From Vicugna vicugna (lineage: Eukaryota): a DNA stretch of 64,000 bases. The DNA lies in assembly GCA_013265495.1 (NCBI GenBank), contig MU058423.1, forward strand, positions 6,238,939 through 6,302,938. Direction: 5' to 3'. The notes beneath the pieces were generated by a model. That model made no database searches. It was given only the letters and a program-made list of their open reading frames with translations, and was not told the DNA's origin. Below, piece by piece: positions 11,301 to 22,460 of the stretch (within the stretch, counting starts at the first letter, position 1; the number at the start of each line of letters is the position of its first letter). Both the position numbers and the translations under genes were made by a program.

Positions 11301-14300
11301 CTTTGTTTCAGATCTAATTGATGGTTAAGGGCCATTACAGGGTTGTCTTGCTCTAGGGAAGTAACGTGCGAGACACAATCCTCTCTGAAGAGCTGCATGG
11401 TATTGAGATTCAGCTGAAACAGGAAATGATGACCCTTATTAAGTCAAGTGTTTGAATAAGAGCTATGTCACCTAGAGATTTGTTTTTAACAAGAATCAGG
11501 TTGAAATTAAAGGGGGAAAAAATGTCAGATGCCATGAAGTAATCTGAAAAAACATTCAAGCATTAGACACTGCATGAAACTTTAAACTTTTTAATAAGGT
11601 CCTTAGAAAACCCCTGAAAAAATGATGCCTACTAATATTTTTTTTTAGCTTTAATGAAGATGCCTTGAGCATAAATTTAAAGCCAAGAGAGGCAAAGGCA
11701 GATGTTTCTGTTTTATCAGCTATGTGTCCCTTTCTCTCTTAGGAGAGTTGTCTTGCTGTAACACTGATACTGCATAACTCAGGAGGCTTAAGTACAATCC
11801 ACTTCTTTCCCTAGGGTTAGTGGGAACTGGAACACAGAAAACCAAGTATAATTCTTTATCCAGAATTCTGCCCTCGGCAGACAGAGCGGTGCCTTTGCAG
11901 GCTCCTGGAATGTCACGAAAAACGTCTCCAGTTTACAGGGCATTATAGAGAGTGCATTAAAATATATGCTTACAGATTTATATACAGGGATGGAGGGACA
12001 GTTGATGAATAGAGAGCTGTAATGTGTTCCACTTCCACAAAGAAAAGAGATTGACAGCCTGACCTCTTCCACTTGTGGAATTTGTAACCACTGAAGTACC
12101 AGGGTAACTCTCGTGGCTGTAATACAGAAATAAGGCTTTGTTGCACTGCATTTTCTAGATCAGCATAAAATGACAGCCTCTCAAGTATCTGGCAATGTTA
12201 CAAAAAATATGTATTAAAAATAATTATTTTATCTCATTATTATGTTTCCATAATTTTCATGGATTTATTTCTCTATTGGAAAATATGTAAATATTAATCT
12301 TGTTTATGGTTTTCTATTCATTATTACTGGGCAGTTATATAATTTTTTCAACAAAAATCATTTAAAACTCTAAATAATTGACTATACTAACTTAAATTGA
12401 ACATACATTTTAATTTATTATCACGGTAATTTTCGTTAGTTATTTGCAGTGTGCCATGACTTAAAAAAGTAATTTTCTGAAAATATAATGCTAAGAGATT
12501 AGGTTTGTTGTGCCTTATTCATAGTAAACAAATGAATAAATTAATAAGAATGTTGAATATCTGTGTGCCAGTTTTTCTCCCATGAGTAAGTTCCATGGTT
12601 GAACAGTAATTTGTATTTAAATGTCTCCTCCTCTTTGATTCTTAAGCTACTATCATTTGCAATTTTCAAGGACAGAATTAAGATTATTTGTTTTCACAGA
12701 ACTGTATGTTAATAATTTTATCAATCAGATTTTTACAAATTATGTATTTCTTTGTTCCATAAAATTTTATGAACATTATTATTTTAAAGGTATCTGAGGT
12801 ATGTAGATCTGTGCCTTCTGTATGTTCAAATATATATTAAATGGCATTTTCTAAATGAATTTGTTGAATTCATTACAGAAAACTCATCTTAGAATGAACA
12901 TAATCCAACTGGACGTACTCTAAACATTAATAAGCATTGTGGTGTTTCCAGGAAAATATTTTAACAAATCAGAAAAATATTTTAATGATCAAATTTACAT
13001 GAGTGGACCTCAATCAAGTGGTGAATTAATACGTTAAAATATCACAGAAATTGGAGGAATCATGGAATACCTTTCATCTGCCACCTTACGAATTAAGATA
13101 TCTATGAGATTTGGTTTAAGGGTCCGGTTCAGATAAAATTTACACTAAGCCACGTTTTGATAGTTTCAAAGCAAGATTGGGCTGTGTGAAAAGGCTTACT
13201 GTCAGACTTCAACTGACAAATAGACTTAGTACAAAATTACAAACTTTTAAAACATTGCGTCCTGTAATCCCTTTCTGAAGCTCTAGAAATTGAATATATC
13301 TCTGTCAAGTGGCTCAGATCCTTCAGAGGACAGTCAGATATTCCATTCTTACACATAGGATTTTAAACAGCCAAGTTTCTAACCATCTATAATTTAAAAA
13401 ACAGTTTTTCAGCACTATGTCTTTGTTAATTAACAAAAGCAGTTTTAACAGGTTCACACAGAATATGGAATTGAAAAAAGTTACCCAAGAATTAGGTAAA
13501 ACTAAACTTGAACTCAAGAAACATGGATTTTGCTACCGGCCTCATTCATAATGACTTCAAAAAGGACTGAGTGTTATCAGTACTGAAATATTTAATATAG
13601 TTTGAAATTTATAAGAACACTTAATTGACTGACTTAAAAACAAAGATATTAGTTAAATGTAACTAAATTTCTAAATAGAATAATATAATTTGCTTGTAAA
13701 ATAGACTTGAGAATTTATAGAAAGCTATTTTAAATTATTTTTATAGGAAACGTTCATAAACTGAATACAAATACCATAGCACATGTAGCCACTTATACTA
13801 AAAACAAAGAAAAAGTAACATAAAGGACAATCAAAGTGCATATTAACAGAAATTCAGAAAAAATAAACTTTCCTAGATTTTACCAAAAATCCCTATTTTC
13901 AGTGGAAGTTCCAAATTTTATTAGATTGAAAATCTCTTTAGTCCTCTTTACTTAACATCTTTTGCCTGAGTTCTTAGAGCTTATTCTTTCAGTCGGTGAT
14001 AGTGACACCTTATGTGTTCTGTGTATTACAGTCAGATGTAGGCAAATCTAGATTTTGAGTAGGAGATGCTAGCTTAGTTTTCTGTAACAATATCATAAAC
14101 AGGAAAGAAAAATAGCAAGAAAACGTGACGCTGACACATGCTCAAGATCTTTATTTTGCAAAGTTAAATGATTACTCATACACTGCTGCTGAGATATATA
14201 ATTCAAGGCCTCGGTAAAACGTGTGTGCCTGAAGCTGATTCAGCAGGCTGATACTAGCAGAGAGCAGCCTGGGTGGGAGATGTTTATTAAAACCCTGTTC

Positions 14301-14712
14301 TCCACTCCTGAGCCAGCAGGTGGTGAGTCGGCTGCAGGAGCTTTGTTCTTTGTCCTGCATTTGGTGGGAGTGCAAAAAAGAATTGCTTTTTTATCACTTG
14401 GCAGCAGCTACCTGGCTAATTTGGAGACAGGAAAGGAACTTAGCATGATTACATTTTAAGGAATCGATTCCATTCTATCGGGTTGTGGTAAAATGCATAT
14501 AGTTTAATATAATGATATGAACTTAAGTATACTAAATTGGGAAAACATTAATATTTTCTGCTCATTCACACAAAGTAGAAATTACTATGGTTTAGTAGTT
14601 AATCTAGTTATTCAAAATGATCAACAAAAAATTATTTTATAAACAGTATTTTTAAGGATTGCTTTTAACTCCAAGGATTCCTAAATTCTACTGTGGAACT
14701 ATCAGTAGAGAT

Positions 14713-14920
14713 CAGGGGTCAGGAAATGTTTTTTTGTGAAGGTTGGATAGTAAATAATTTAGGTTTTGTGTGCTCTTCAATGTCTGTCACAGGTATTCAA
14801 CACTGCTGTTTTAGTACAGAAGAAACCATAGACAGTACGTAAACAGATGTTCCAGGAAAGCTATTTATAAAAATAGGTAAAGGCCTGAGTTGACATGCAG
14901 GCCATATTTTGCTAACCTTG
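14713..14920 (-). mobile_element. MER58A-like hAT-Charlie MITE
   Basis: Termini 'caggggtcaggaaa' and 'tttgctaaccttg'. The internal 'gatagtaaataatttaggtttt...ccatagacagtacgtaaac' matches the reverse complement of MER58A, and the length (~208 bp) fits. Confidence 0.85.
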
Positions 14921-15249
14921 ATCTAGGAAGCTGATCAGGAAAGCTGACATAGGAAAAATAGTCTCTAAATTTTTGTAAAGTCAAAATAAAATGTGTATAA
15001 ACTTTATATTAGAAATAGAGCTTAAATGAATATAATTTTGGCCCATTCATTTAATAAATTTCTTAAAAATAGATCTCTACTGTCTGCAGATATTAAAAGT
15101 TGTGGAAAGTATAATATTAACCTGATCTTACAGTTTATTTCCAAATGAGAATTCTTTTAGGAGTGTACTAAAATTTGGACAATAAACAAAGTATAAGCCA
15201 GAAACTGCCCAAGTTCATCAAACTGTATGCTTATTTTCTCTAAAGTACT

Positions 15250-16330
15250 TTGAAATAACTTGATTTTCTATTGAGATGGCCAAAGAACTTTTTTTACTTT
15301 TTATTGAAAAATCCAATCAGTTTACTAAGATAAGCTGCTATTCTAGATCAATTTTTACAAGAATATTGTGTGTGTTTGATAGGTACACTGATAGTCTATT
15401 ATTTTAGGAAATATTTGTATTTATATTTTTGAATATTCATTTGTTCCAGTGTTTTAGTTTTTTTTTTCTTTCAGGAATTTCAAAAGTTGCGTCTTTATTA
15501 GTGTTCTCTATCAATTGCTTTCCCTCTGTATCTTTCTATAGTCTTTGGGTATTATTCGTGATTTATTTTGGTCATAGTTTCCATTTAAGCCTTCATGTAT
15601 TTCACTGCACGTTTTTTGCATCTAAATTTATTTTGTTCCTCTTGGTTCATCTCATCTGTTATTCGGCCACACTTTTTTATTATCTGGTTATATTTTCTGT
15701 GTGTGGTTATGGACTCCTTTCCTGCTTTCTCCCTAGTTATAATTGTTTATTTCTTCATAGTTCTCATAATTGCCTCATTAAGATAATAAAACATGCCATA
15801 TATTTGAGTCACAAATTTTTTGTGTCACATTTTTATTTGGGTGGGAGAATTTCTCTTCATCTTCAGGGATATATTGATGCTTTTATTTTATTTAATTCTT
15901 CTTACTTCTCCTCTGCACTTTCTTTCCTCCCCTGTCAACAGTATCTTTGGTTGGATACGGTCTTTATGCTTGTTTTGGTCATTTACCTCTAAGATGGATC
16001 ATCCTCTATCAGCAATAATGAAGAACTCTGAGGAATGCATGTAATTTCTTAACATGCCTAGGAAGCACATGGGTGCATATTTACAAGCCTACTCTTATTA
16101 TCTGTCTCTGTCTCTGTCTCCATTCTGTTTCTCTTTTGCTAGCTCCCATACCTGTATCCCAGCCTGTTTGTTGTCAGTCCTGATCTTAATCAGGGTTGGG
16201 CCATCTCCTTCTAAGTATGGATATCTGATATAATTTCCAAGATCAGCTCTATGTTTGTCCTGTCCGATCTCTCGAAATTGACTTCATCTCTTCAGTTTTC
16301 TCTGGCAATGCTGCTATGTTTAGGTATTCT
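15250..16330 (-). mobile_element. Ancient L1/HAL1-type 5'/ORF1-region fragment
   Basis: Strongly T-rich strand with degenerate old-L1 antisense phrasing. Family not resolvable by eye. Confidence 0.4.
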
Positions 16331-16399
16331 CGGCTGTATGCATGTAATGTACATGTATTTGTTAGCTTTAAAAATATCTTCTAAGTTCTAAATACGATT

Positions 16400-17490
16400 T
16401 TTATGAGATACTAGGAGATTATTGATATATGTGTGTTGGTCTCTATCCCTAGTTCCCAACACAGAGCTCCTAAAACCCTTGTAACTTACCAGGTGATCAG
16501 AGCAATAGGAGCATCTTACGTTCTAATATTTGACCCTGGTTCTTGACATTGGGCCCCTAAATCCTTTGGTATTTCCTGGGTGATAGCAGTGTCTTCTGTT
16601 CTAATGAAGTAAATCTGAGTGGGCTCCTGGGTGGTGGCTGGTTGCCAGAAAGATCAAACCAAGATTAGGAGCTTGGAACTTTCAGCTCCACCCACATCCT
16701 CCTGAGAGGAGAGAGGAACTGAAAATGAAGTTAATGACTGATTATGCTATGTAAGGAAGCTACCATATAATTCCCCAAAATACAGAGTTTAGAGAACTTT
16801 CAGGTCGGCAAACACATCCACATACTGGGAGGGTGACAAACTCTAACTCTACAGTGTGAACGAAAAATACTGCAAACCATATCGGTAAACAAAGAATGCT
16901 GAAACCAGCAAGTCATCTGCGGCTGCCGCCACCCCCCAGGGAAGAGAAGCCTGCAGCCCGGCCTCTGCAGCCACTCACAATGGTGCCCTGAGGGGACTCA
17001 GAATAAGAAGGGACAAGATACTGGCCCTAGTAGCTAGGTGCTTGTCAGAGGAATGAGTTCAATGAGCCCAAATGATTGCTCCCTCCCATACATAGAAAAG
17101 CCTAAATTCCTTAACTTGAGATGCCTGGTTTTCCTTAGATAACAAGTAACCTTTCATTGTTCCAACTACCTGGTCTTTGTTGTAAAGCTCCTGTATATCC
17201 TAGCCCCTCCCCTGCCTCTTCAGAGCAGTCCCTCAGAGCGACCTGAGAGGCTGTCATCCCGGCTCGAGTCCTCCCACCAAATAAAACATAACTCTTAACT
17301 TTTACGCTGCGCATTTATTTCAGTTGACAACAGGGACAGAAGGTTCTGAGCTTAGAACCCTCCAAACCTCACCTCATGTGTCTTTTTCTGCCTGTTCATC
17401 TGTGTCCTTTTTCATATCCTTTAATAAACTGGTGAAATTAAACATAAGTGTTGCCCTGAGTTCTGTGAGCTGCCTCAGAAAAATTAATTC
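16400..17490 (+). mobile_element. MER21-like solo LTR, interrupted at 16855-17329
   Basis: 'cacagagctcctaaaacccttg', 'ggctggttgccagaaagatcaa', 'ttggaactttcagctccaccc' and 'ccctgagttctgtgagc' are MER21-family phrases. The text resumes in register after the nested LTR. Confidence 0.8.
16855..17329 (+). mobile_element. ERV1-class solo LTR (475 bp) nested in the MER21-like LTR
   Basis: TGTGAAC...GTTGACA termini. Perfect 4-bp TSD acag (16851-16854 / 17330-17333), AATAAA at 17280-17285, retained CpGs. Confidence 0.9.
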
Positions 17491-19689
17491 ATGACGTGTT
17501 TTGCACAAAATTCAATATAATAGAGTAGGAAGAAAATTTGTAAGTTGACATAAATATTGAGTGAATGAACAAATGAATGAATAAGTAGTTTAGTTCCACT
17601 GAACCTCACAAAAATTCTTTTAAGGCTTGGTAGCTGTAAGTTCCCATATAAAGAGGTTAGTTAAATGTATATAGTTTAAGTAATCCTGATAAGTATCACG
17701 GTCAGAGGGTGTGTCTGGAGATAAGAAAATGAAACCTTCTGACTGTCAATTCAGTACTGTAGGAAGAGAATGAAACTATGCCCATGCCTTTTCAAGCACT
17801 GAGGCTTAAGGATTTCAATGAACACAACACAATGCTTGGTGCTCTGTCAGTGACGATGACACGCCACTCTCCTGAAATTTGCAGGATGGGAAACAAGAAT
17901 GACACTTCTGTCAGACAAAAGTAAGAGAATGGGAAGATCAGAATCACTGATCTAAATGGAGTTCTCCAAACAATACAAGTCAGGGTAACACAGAACACAC
18001 ACATACACGCCCTTAAAAGAAAAACAGGAATAAGGCAGAATACCGCAATTCAAACAAGTCCACATTCATGGGGGTTGAAGAATGAGAAACAGAGAAGTAG
18101 AGATAGGGAAGGCTTAAATCTCAGAGGTAATCAAGACCGTCTCCCACTGAGGGAGATATTCTAATTAGTCTGTACCTAATCCAATAATATTTTAAGCAGA
18201 TGTATTGAGGGTTAGGGTGGGGAGATGGAAATGATGTCATAACTCAGCATGACTATGTTTTGGCCACTGCCAGTATTCCAGCTTCCTGGGCACCACCATC
18301 CCTGCTCTCTGTGGTCTGGTCAAACTGTCTAATACTTAGTTCCCAGAAAGCACCATGCTCTTAAATTTCATAGTGCCATCCACGGAGCTTATGCATTCTG
18401 GACTGTCTGTCCTTTCTCTCTCTCTCTCTCCCCTCTGCCTCCCCCTGCAGTTGACTACTACACATCCTTGTGTCTTTCATTTCATCGAGAGTCATTTATG
18501 TTATCAGATACTCTTCTGGATTCTGTCCCTGGTCCTCCACCATGATCTCCCTATATCAGGTTCCTTTGTTATATATGCTTAAACAGAGGTGGAGAATGTC
18601 AGTGGAACTTAAACATCGGAATTTCTTATTTTCTGGCACTCCACCTGAGATTTTATTGGTGTTTTGTATTTTTCTTCCCTAAAACGTCCCCCAAATTGTA
18701 ATAGTTTTAGTTCTTACGATACTCAATCCATTCTTGCCTTCAAAGAATTATTGTTTTCCCTCATAGGACGTCTTTACTGTTATTATTCACTATCTGTCTC
18801 CCAGGGAGAGTGAGAATGCTGCCTCTTTGTAGCCACTGTTTTATCCTAAGGGCCTGAAACAGAATCGGGCCTAACAGGGATGTCAAGTGAATATTTTTTG
18901 GATGAACGAGCATCACTTTAGATAATGATCTCTCTTCTCTTCCATACACAATTTTCTATTTAGTCAAAAGTATCACAGGCACAGATACACTGTGTTCCTC
19001 CAAATATATTTTCTGTAGAATTGGAGGTAAAGCAGCTTATGACTGTTCAGCATAACATTGCATTAGAGAGAACATTTGTTGTAGAGGCAAGATTACTCTG
19101 AGACACCTGTATTTGTAAACCCTTTATAACAAGTAAGATGTATTTCTTCAGAGATCCTTCCCTTAATAGGATTTCAGGCAGCGTTTGGAAGCAGCTGAAA
19201 TAAATTGCTTTTAAACATGTGTGTCATATCACTTTAAATGGGGTTATGAATCAATAGCCACCTTGTGCTATTATATATTCTCACCCTATGACAGAATTAA
19301 TCCTGGATTAAAAAGAGAAATCCTTTTCTGATCTTCCCTCCCACCTACTTTCCCTTCTCTTGAAAATATGAGCTTTTCACATGACATATGAGCATAAGAA
19401 TCCATTATAAGCGTCCACTGTTTTGCCTGCTCCAAAGTAATTTGGCTCTGCATTAATAACTCTCACTTCACAATCTCTCGTAAGCTCAGTTTAAATGCCT
19501 ATGTCTTAAAAGAGAGTGCTTATTTTATGAAGGAATGTTGGATCATCCAAATTCTGTTTCTCATGTTGTGGTATAAAGAGTTGGTCCTGGACAAAGTTGT
19601 AGAGAAGGTCTGTCACATTTGTCCCTATTATTTTTTCTCCGCTCCCCCAGCTTACAATCAGCAGTAAGAATGTTTGGCTTTAGAACCAT

Positions 19690-20130
19690 CAGTTCAGCAG
19701 TCTGTACCTATCAACACGTCAGTAAACTCACAATCCAGTGGAGAGAGCAGCCATATAAACAGACAGTTACAATTCATTGTAATCAGCTGGATACGAGAAT
19801 TTAAAATTACATGTGAAATTGTGGAGGACAGGAAGAAGACAGCAATTTACATAAGTCAGGCTATTCAGGAAATACTTGACAGACAAGAAATGGTATTTCC
19901 AATGTTTTGAAAGATGAGGATCCTGCTTGTTGGAGAAATGGATGAGAGAGTATTTTGACTGGACAAGCAGGGCCATCTGAGTTATGAAAAGAATTTCAAA
20001 GCCACTGAAAAAATTTACAAAACTGAAAATGAAGGTATTACCAGATTATAAGGAGTCTTTTAAGATCTACGAAGGAGTTTAGATAATATCTGTAGACAAC
20101 AGGAGACTGAGGAATCAACCAGGAAAACAA
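19690..20130 (-). mobile_element. L2 fragment
   Basis: 'aactcacaatccagtggagagagcag', 'gaaggagtttagataatatctgtagacaacaggagactgagg' resemble L2 antisense sequence. Confidence 0.55.
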
Positions 20131-20318
20131 AATGAAATGTTTTATTTACTCATTAAAATATTATATATTTTTAATGAAGGGGAATATGATAATTATGTAG
20201 AGAATATACTTAAATGATGAGGCCCAAGTTACAATATTCCATGTAAGGAATGAGGAAGTCTGAACCACCACTGAGCTGTAAGAGTGCAGAGGAGGGGAGC
20301 CGAGAGCCAAGATGTGTG

Positions 20319-20529
20319 GAGCGGTGTCCTGGTGAATGTGTCACTAGCTTAAAACCATACCTGATTTGTACCATTTGCCTACTTCTGTGATGCATGAATG
20401 CCCCCACCATGGACGGTTTCAAACTACGTTATCAGCATCAGACTGCGTTACCACTGAATGCAGGATTGCGAAGAGCTGTACACAACCAGCTCTCCTGATC
20501 TAACACTTGCTGGCTCCAGCACAACACTA
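20319..20529 (-). mobile_element. MER63A-like hAT-Blackjack MITE
   Basis: Termini 'gagcggtgtcctggt' and 'ctccagcacaacacta'. Internal 'cctgatttgtacc', 'cccaccatgg.cggtttcaa', 'cactgaatgc'. About 210 bp. Confidence 0.8.
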
Positions 20530-20700
20530 GGGATTTCTGAGGTTCAGTCAATAGAAGATGGACATTGATGGAGTGCAGTAGATGATGGAGGAAAAACTGT
20601 ATATAAATTCCAGATTTCCAGCTCAGGAAAGTAAATGTGTTGATATTTTATGGCTTGTGTTTTATTCTCAGATGGCTTTACTCTCTTCTACATAGTATTA

Positions 20701-20759
<59 letters not shown>

Positions 20760-20781
20760 ATAATAATAATAATAATAATAA
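20701..20781. repeat. Compound microsatellite (TAG)19(TAA)8
   Basis: Counted directly: TAG 20701-20757, TAA 20758-20781. Confidence 0.97.
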
Positions 20782-20902
20782 TGCTTGCTAAAAGAAAACT
20801 TTCAACTAAATATTTGCATTTAAGTGGACATCATCAAGAAATGTAGTATCTTAATTTAGAGATATATAAATAATAATGCAAGAAATTTCAGTTAATCACA
20901 TC

Positions 20903-21447
20903 TATAGAGAGTTTAGCGGAACTTCTCCATAATATTGTCATCTTGGCTTCCATTTTGTGTGGCTCAGCGGCCTGCAGAGACCTTGAACTGGCACTGTCCT
21001 CTCCGTCAAGTAGATACGAGCCACAGAGTCACAGGTAAATGTTAAGCTCCTGATATGACTCCCCTAACGACCCCCTTGTGATAAGCGCTTCCCCTACCTC
21101 TCAGGGCCTTCCCACTGTGCACCCTTTAGATAAGACTTCTTGAGAAGCTCACCAAAACCCCACTCCTCTTAGTCTGAAGTGACAAGTCTACCCTTAACTG
21201 GGGAGCCCCAAGGCACTCTACACACGAATCCAAAACAGGCCCCCGCCCCAGGTCCTGCCCCACTCTCTGCACCCTGCCGTGAGTGGTCCCTGCAAGTGTG
21301 CAGTCCAACTCCTCCAGGACTTGTGAATAATAAGTTTCTCTATGTCACGTTCCCTTCGCTGTCTTTCATTGAACCATGGCTCATCTTCCAACACCCTGTC
21401 ACCCTCGGGCTCTATTTAATAAATGTTAATTTAACAAAGTCACAACA
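20903..21447 (+). mobile_element. ERVL-class solo LTR (MER54/MER73/MER74-like), 545 bp
   Basis: GC-richer block ending '...tcacaaca', flanked by a perfect 5-bp repeat acatc (20898-20902 / 21448-21452). The 5' end reads TA (likely mutated TG). AATAAA at 21418-21423. Confidence 0.75.
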
Positions 21448-22259
21448 ACATCAGCTGGGAACTGTTTGGTGCTGAGGATAAGAGAATTTAGGCAGAACCC
21501 AATGATTCAAAGCAGATCAGTAATCCCCAGATCAACCACCTCTAGCCATTAAGGCTATTAGTAAAGATTTTAAAAAGCTTTTTTATTCAGTTCTTTTTGA
21601 ATATTTTATATGCTAGATTTACTTTGTGAAACTAAAGCAGGCAAACACCATACAGTATTTTCTAAAATTAATTAGGAAAAGATTGTTTTTATTGAGTACC
21701 TTGAAGGTCCAGTGTTCTGGGTAAAAATTGATGTAGGCTGTTCTATTAATTGAATCAGCATTCTCTGTATCTCTAATTTTAAAATTAAGTACCTTATTTT
21801 TAAACCATTAATAAGTATGATTTTATTGAACTAGCCCAACAGAGTATAAAAGTTTGGATACCAAGCCTATATATTTTCTCACAGGTCTACATGAAAACCA
21901 ATTGTTGGACTTGTAATTTGAACTCTGGGAACTACGTATAAAATATTGTTAGATATCCTAATTCACCTATTGCCACTACAAAAGTGTATCCTCTAAGGGA
22001 GCTTGACAGATGTCAGTCAGTGAAGACATTTTTTTCCCTAGACCATGTTAAATGAACCAATAGGTTGCACATATTCAAAAACAGGTGACCAGATGAGATA
22101 CATGAAAACTGACTCTATCATTGGATCTAAACTGCTATCCTTGACAACTGGATAGTGCCTTGTCTGAAGCAGTAATATATTCATAGAAGGAGGTATGCAT
22201 CACGGAGTATAAAAAAGGAGTGCCCTTATTTTCTGTATGGAAAACAAGGAGAGCAAAGA

Positions 22260-22460
22260 AACAACAATAATTGTGAAGGACAAAGTGCTTTATAAACATT
22301 TTCTCCTCTAATTCTACAGCACTCCTGTAGGTCAGTTCCTATGAGTTGTAAGTATCATTGTCTCTATTTTTCATATAAATAAATTCAACTTGTAGAATTT
22401 AAATACTTGGTTTACGAATTAAGTTCTGTCAGGATCATAAATGTTACTGCTCTTAATCAT
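22260..22460 (-). mobile_element. MIR fragment
   Basis: 'caaagtgctttataaacatt..tcctctaattctacagcactcctgt...gtaagtatcattgtctctatttttcatataaat'. Confidence 0.55.

Noticed and set aside
15429..15992. Longest ORF in the track (187 aa, hydrophobic)
   Set aside because: The F/L/S-rich composition follows from the T-rich antisense strand of an ancient repeat. It starts at TTG, and has no recognisable domain or splice context.
20637..20846. ORF with poly-Val/poly-Ile resembling a transmembrane segment
   Set aside because: It is the translation of the (TAG)n(TAA)n microsatellite.
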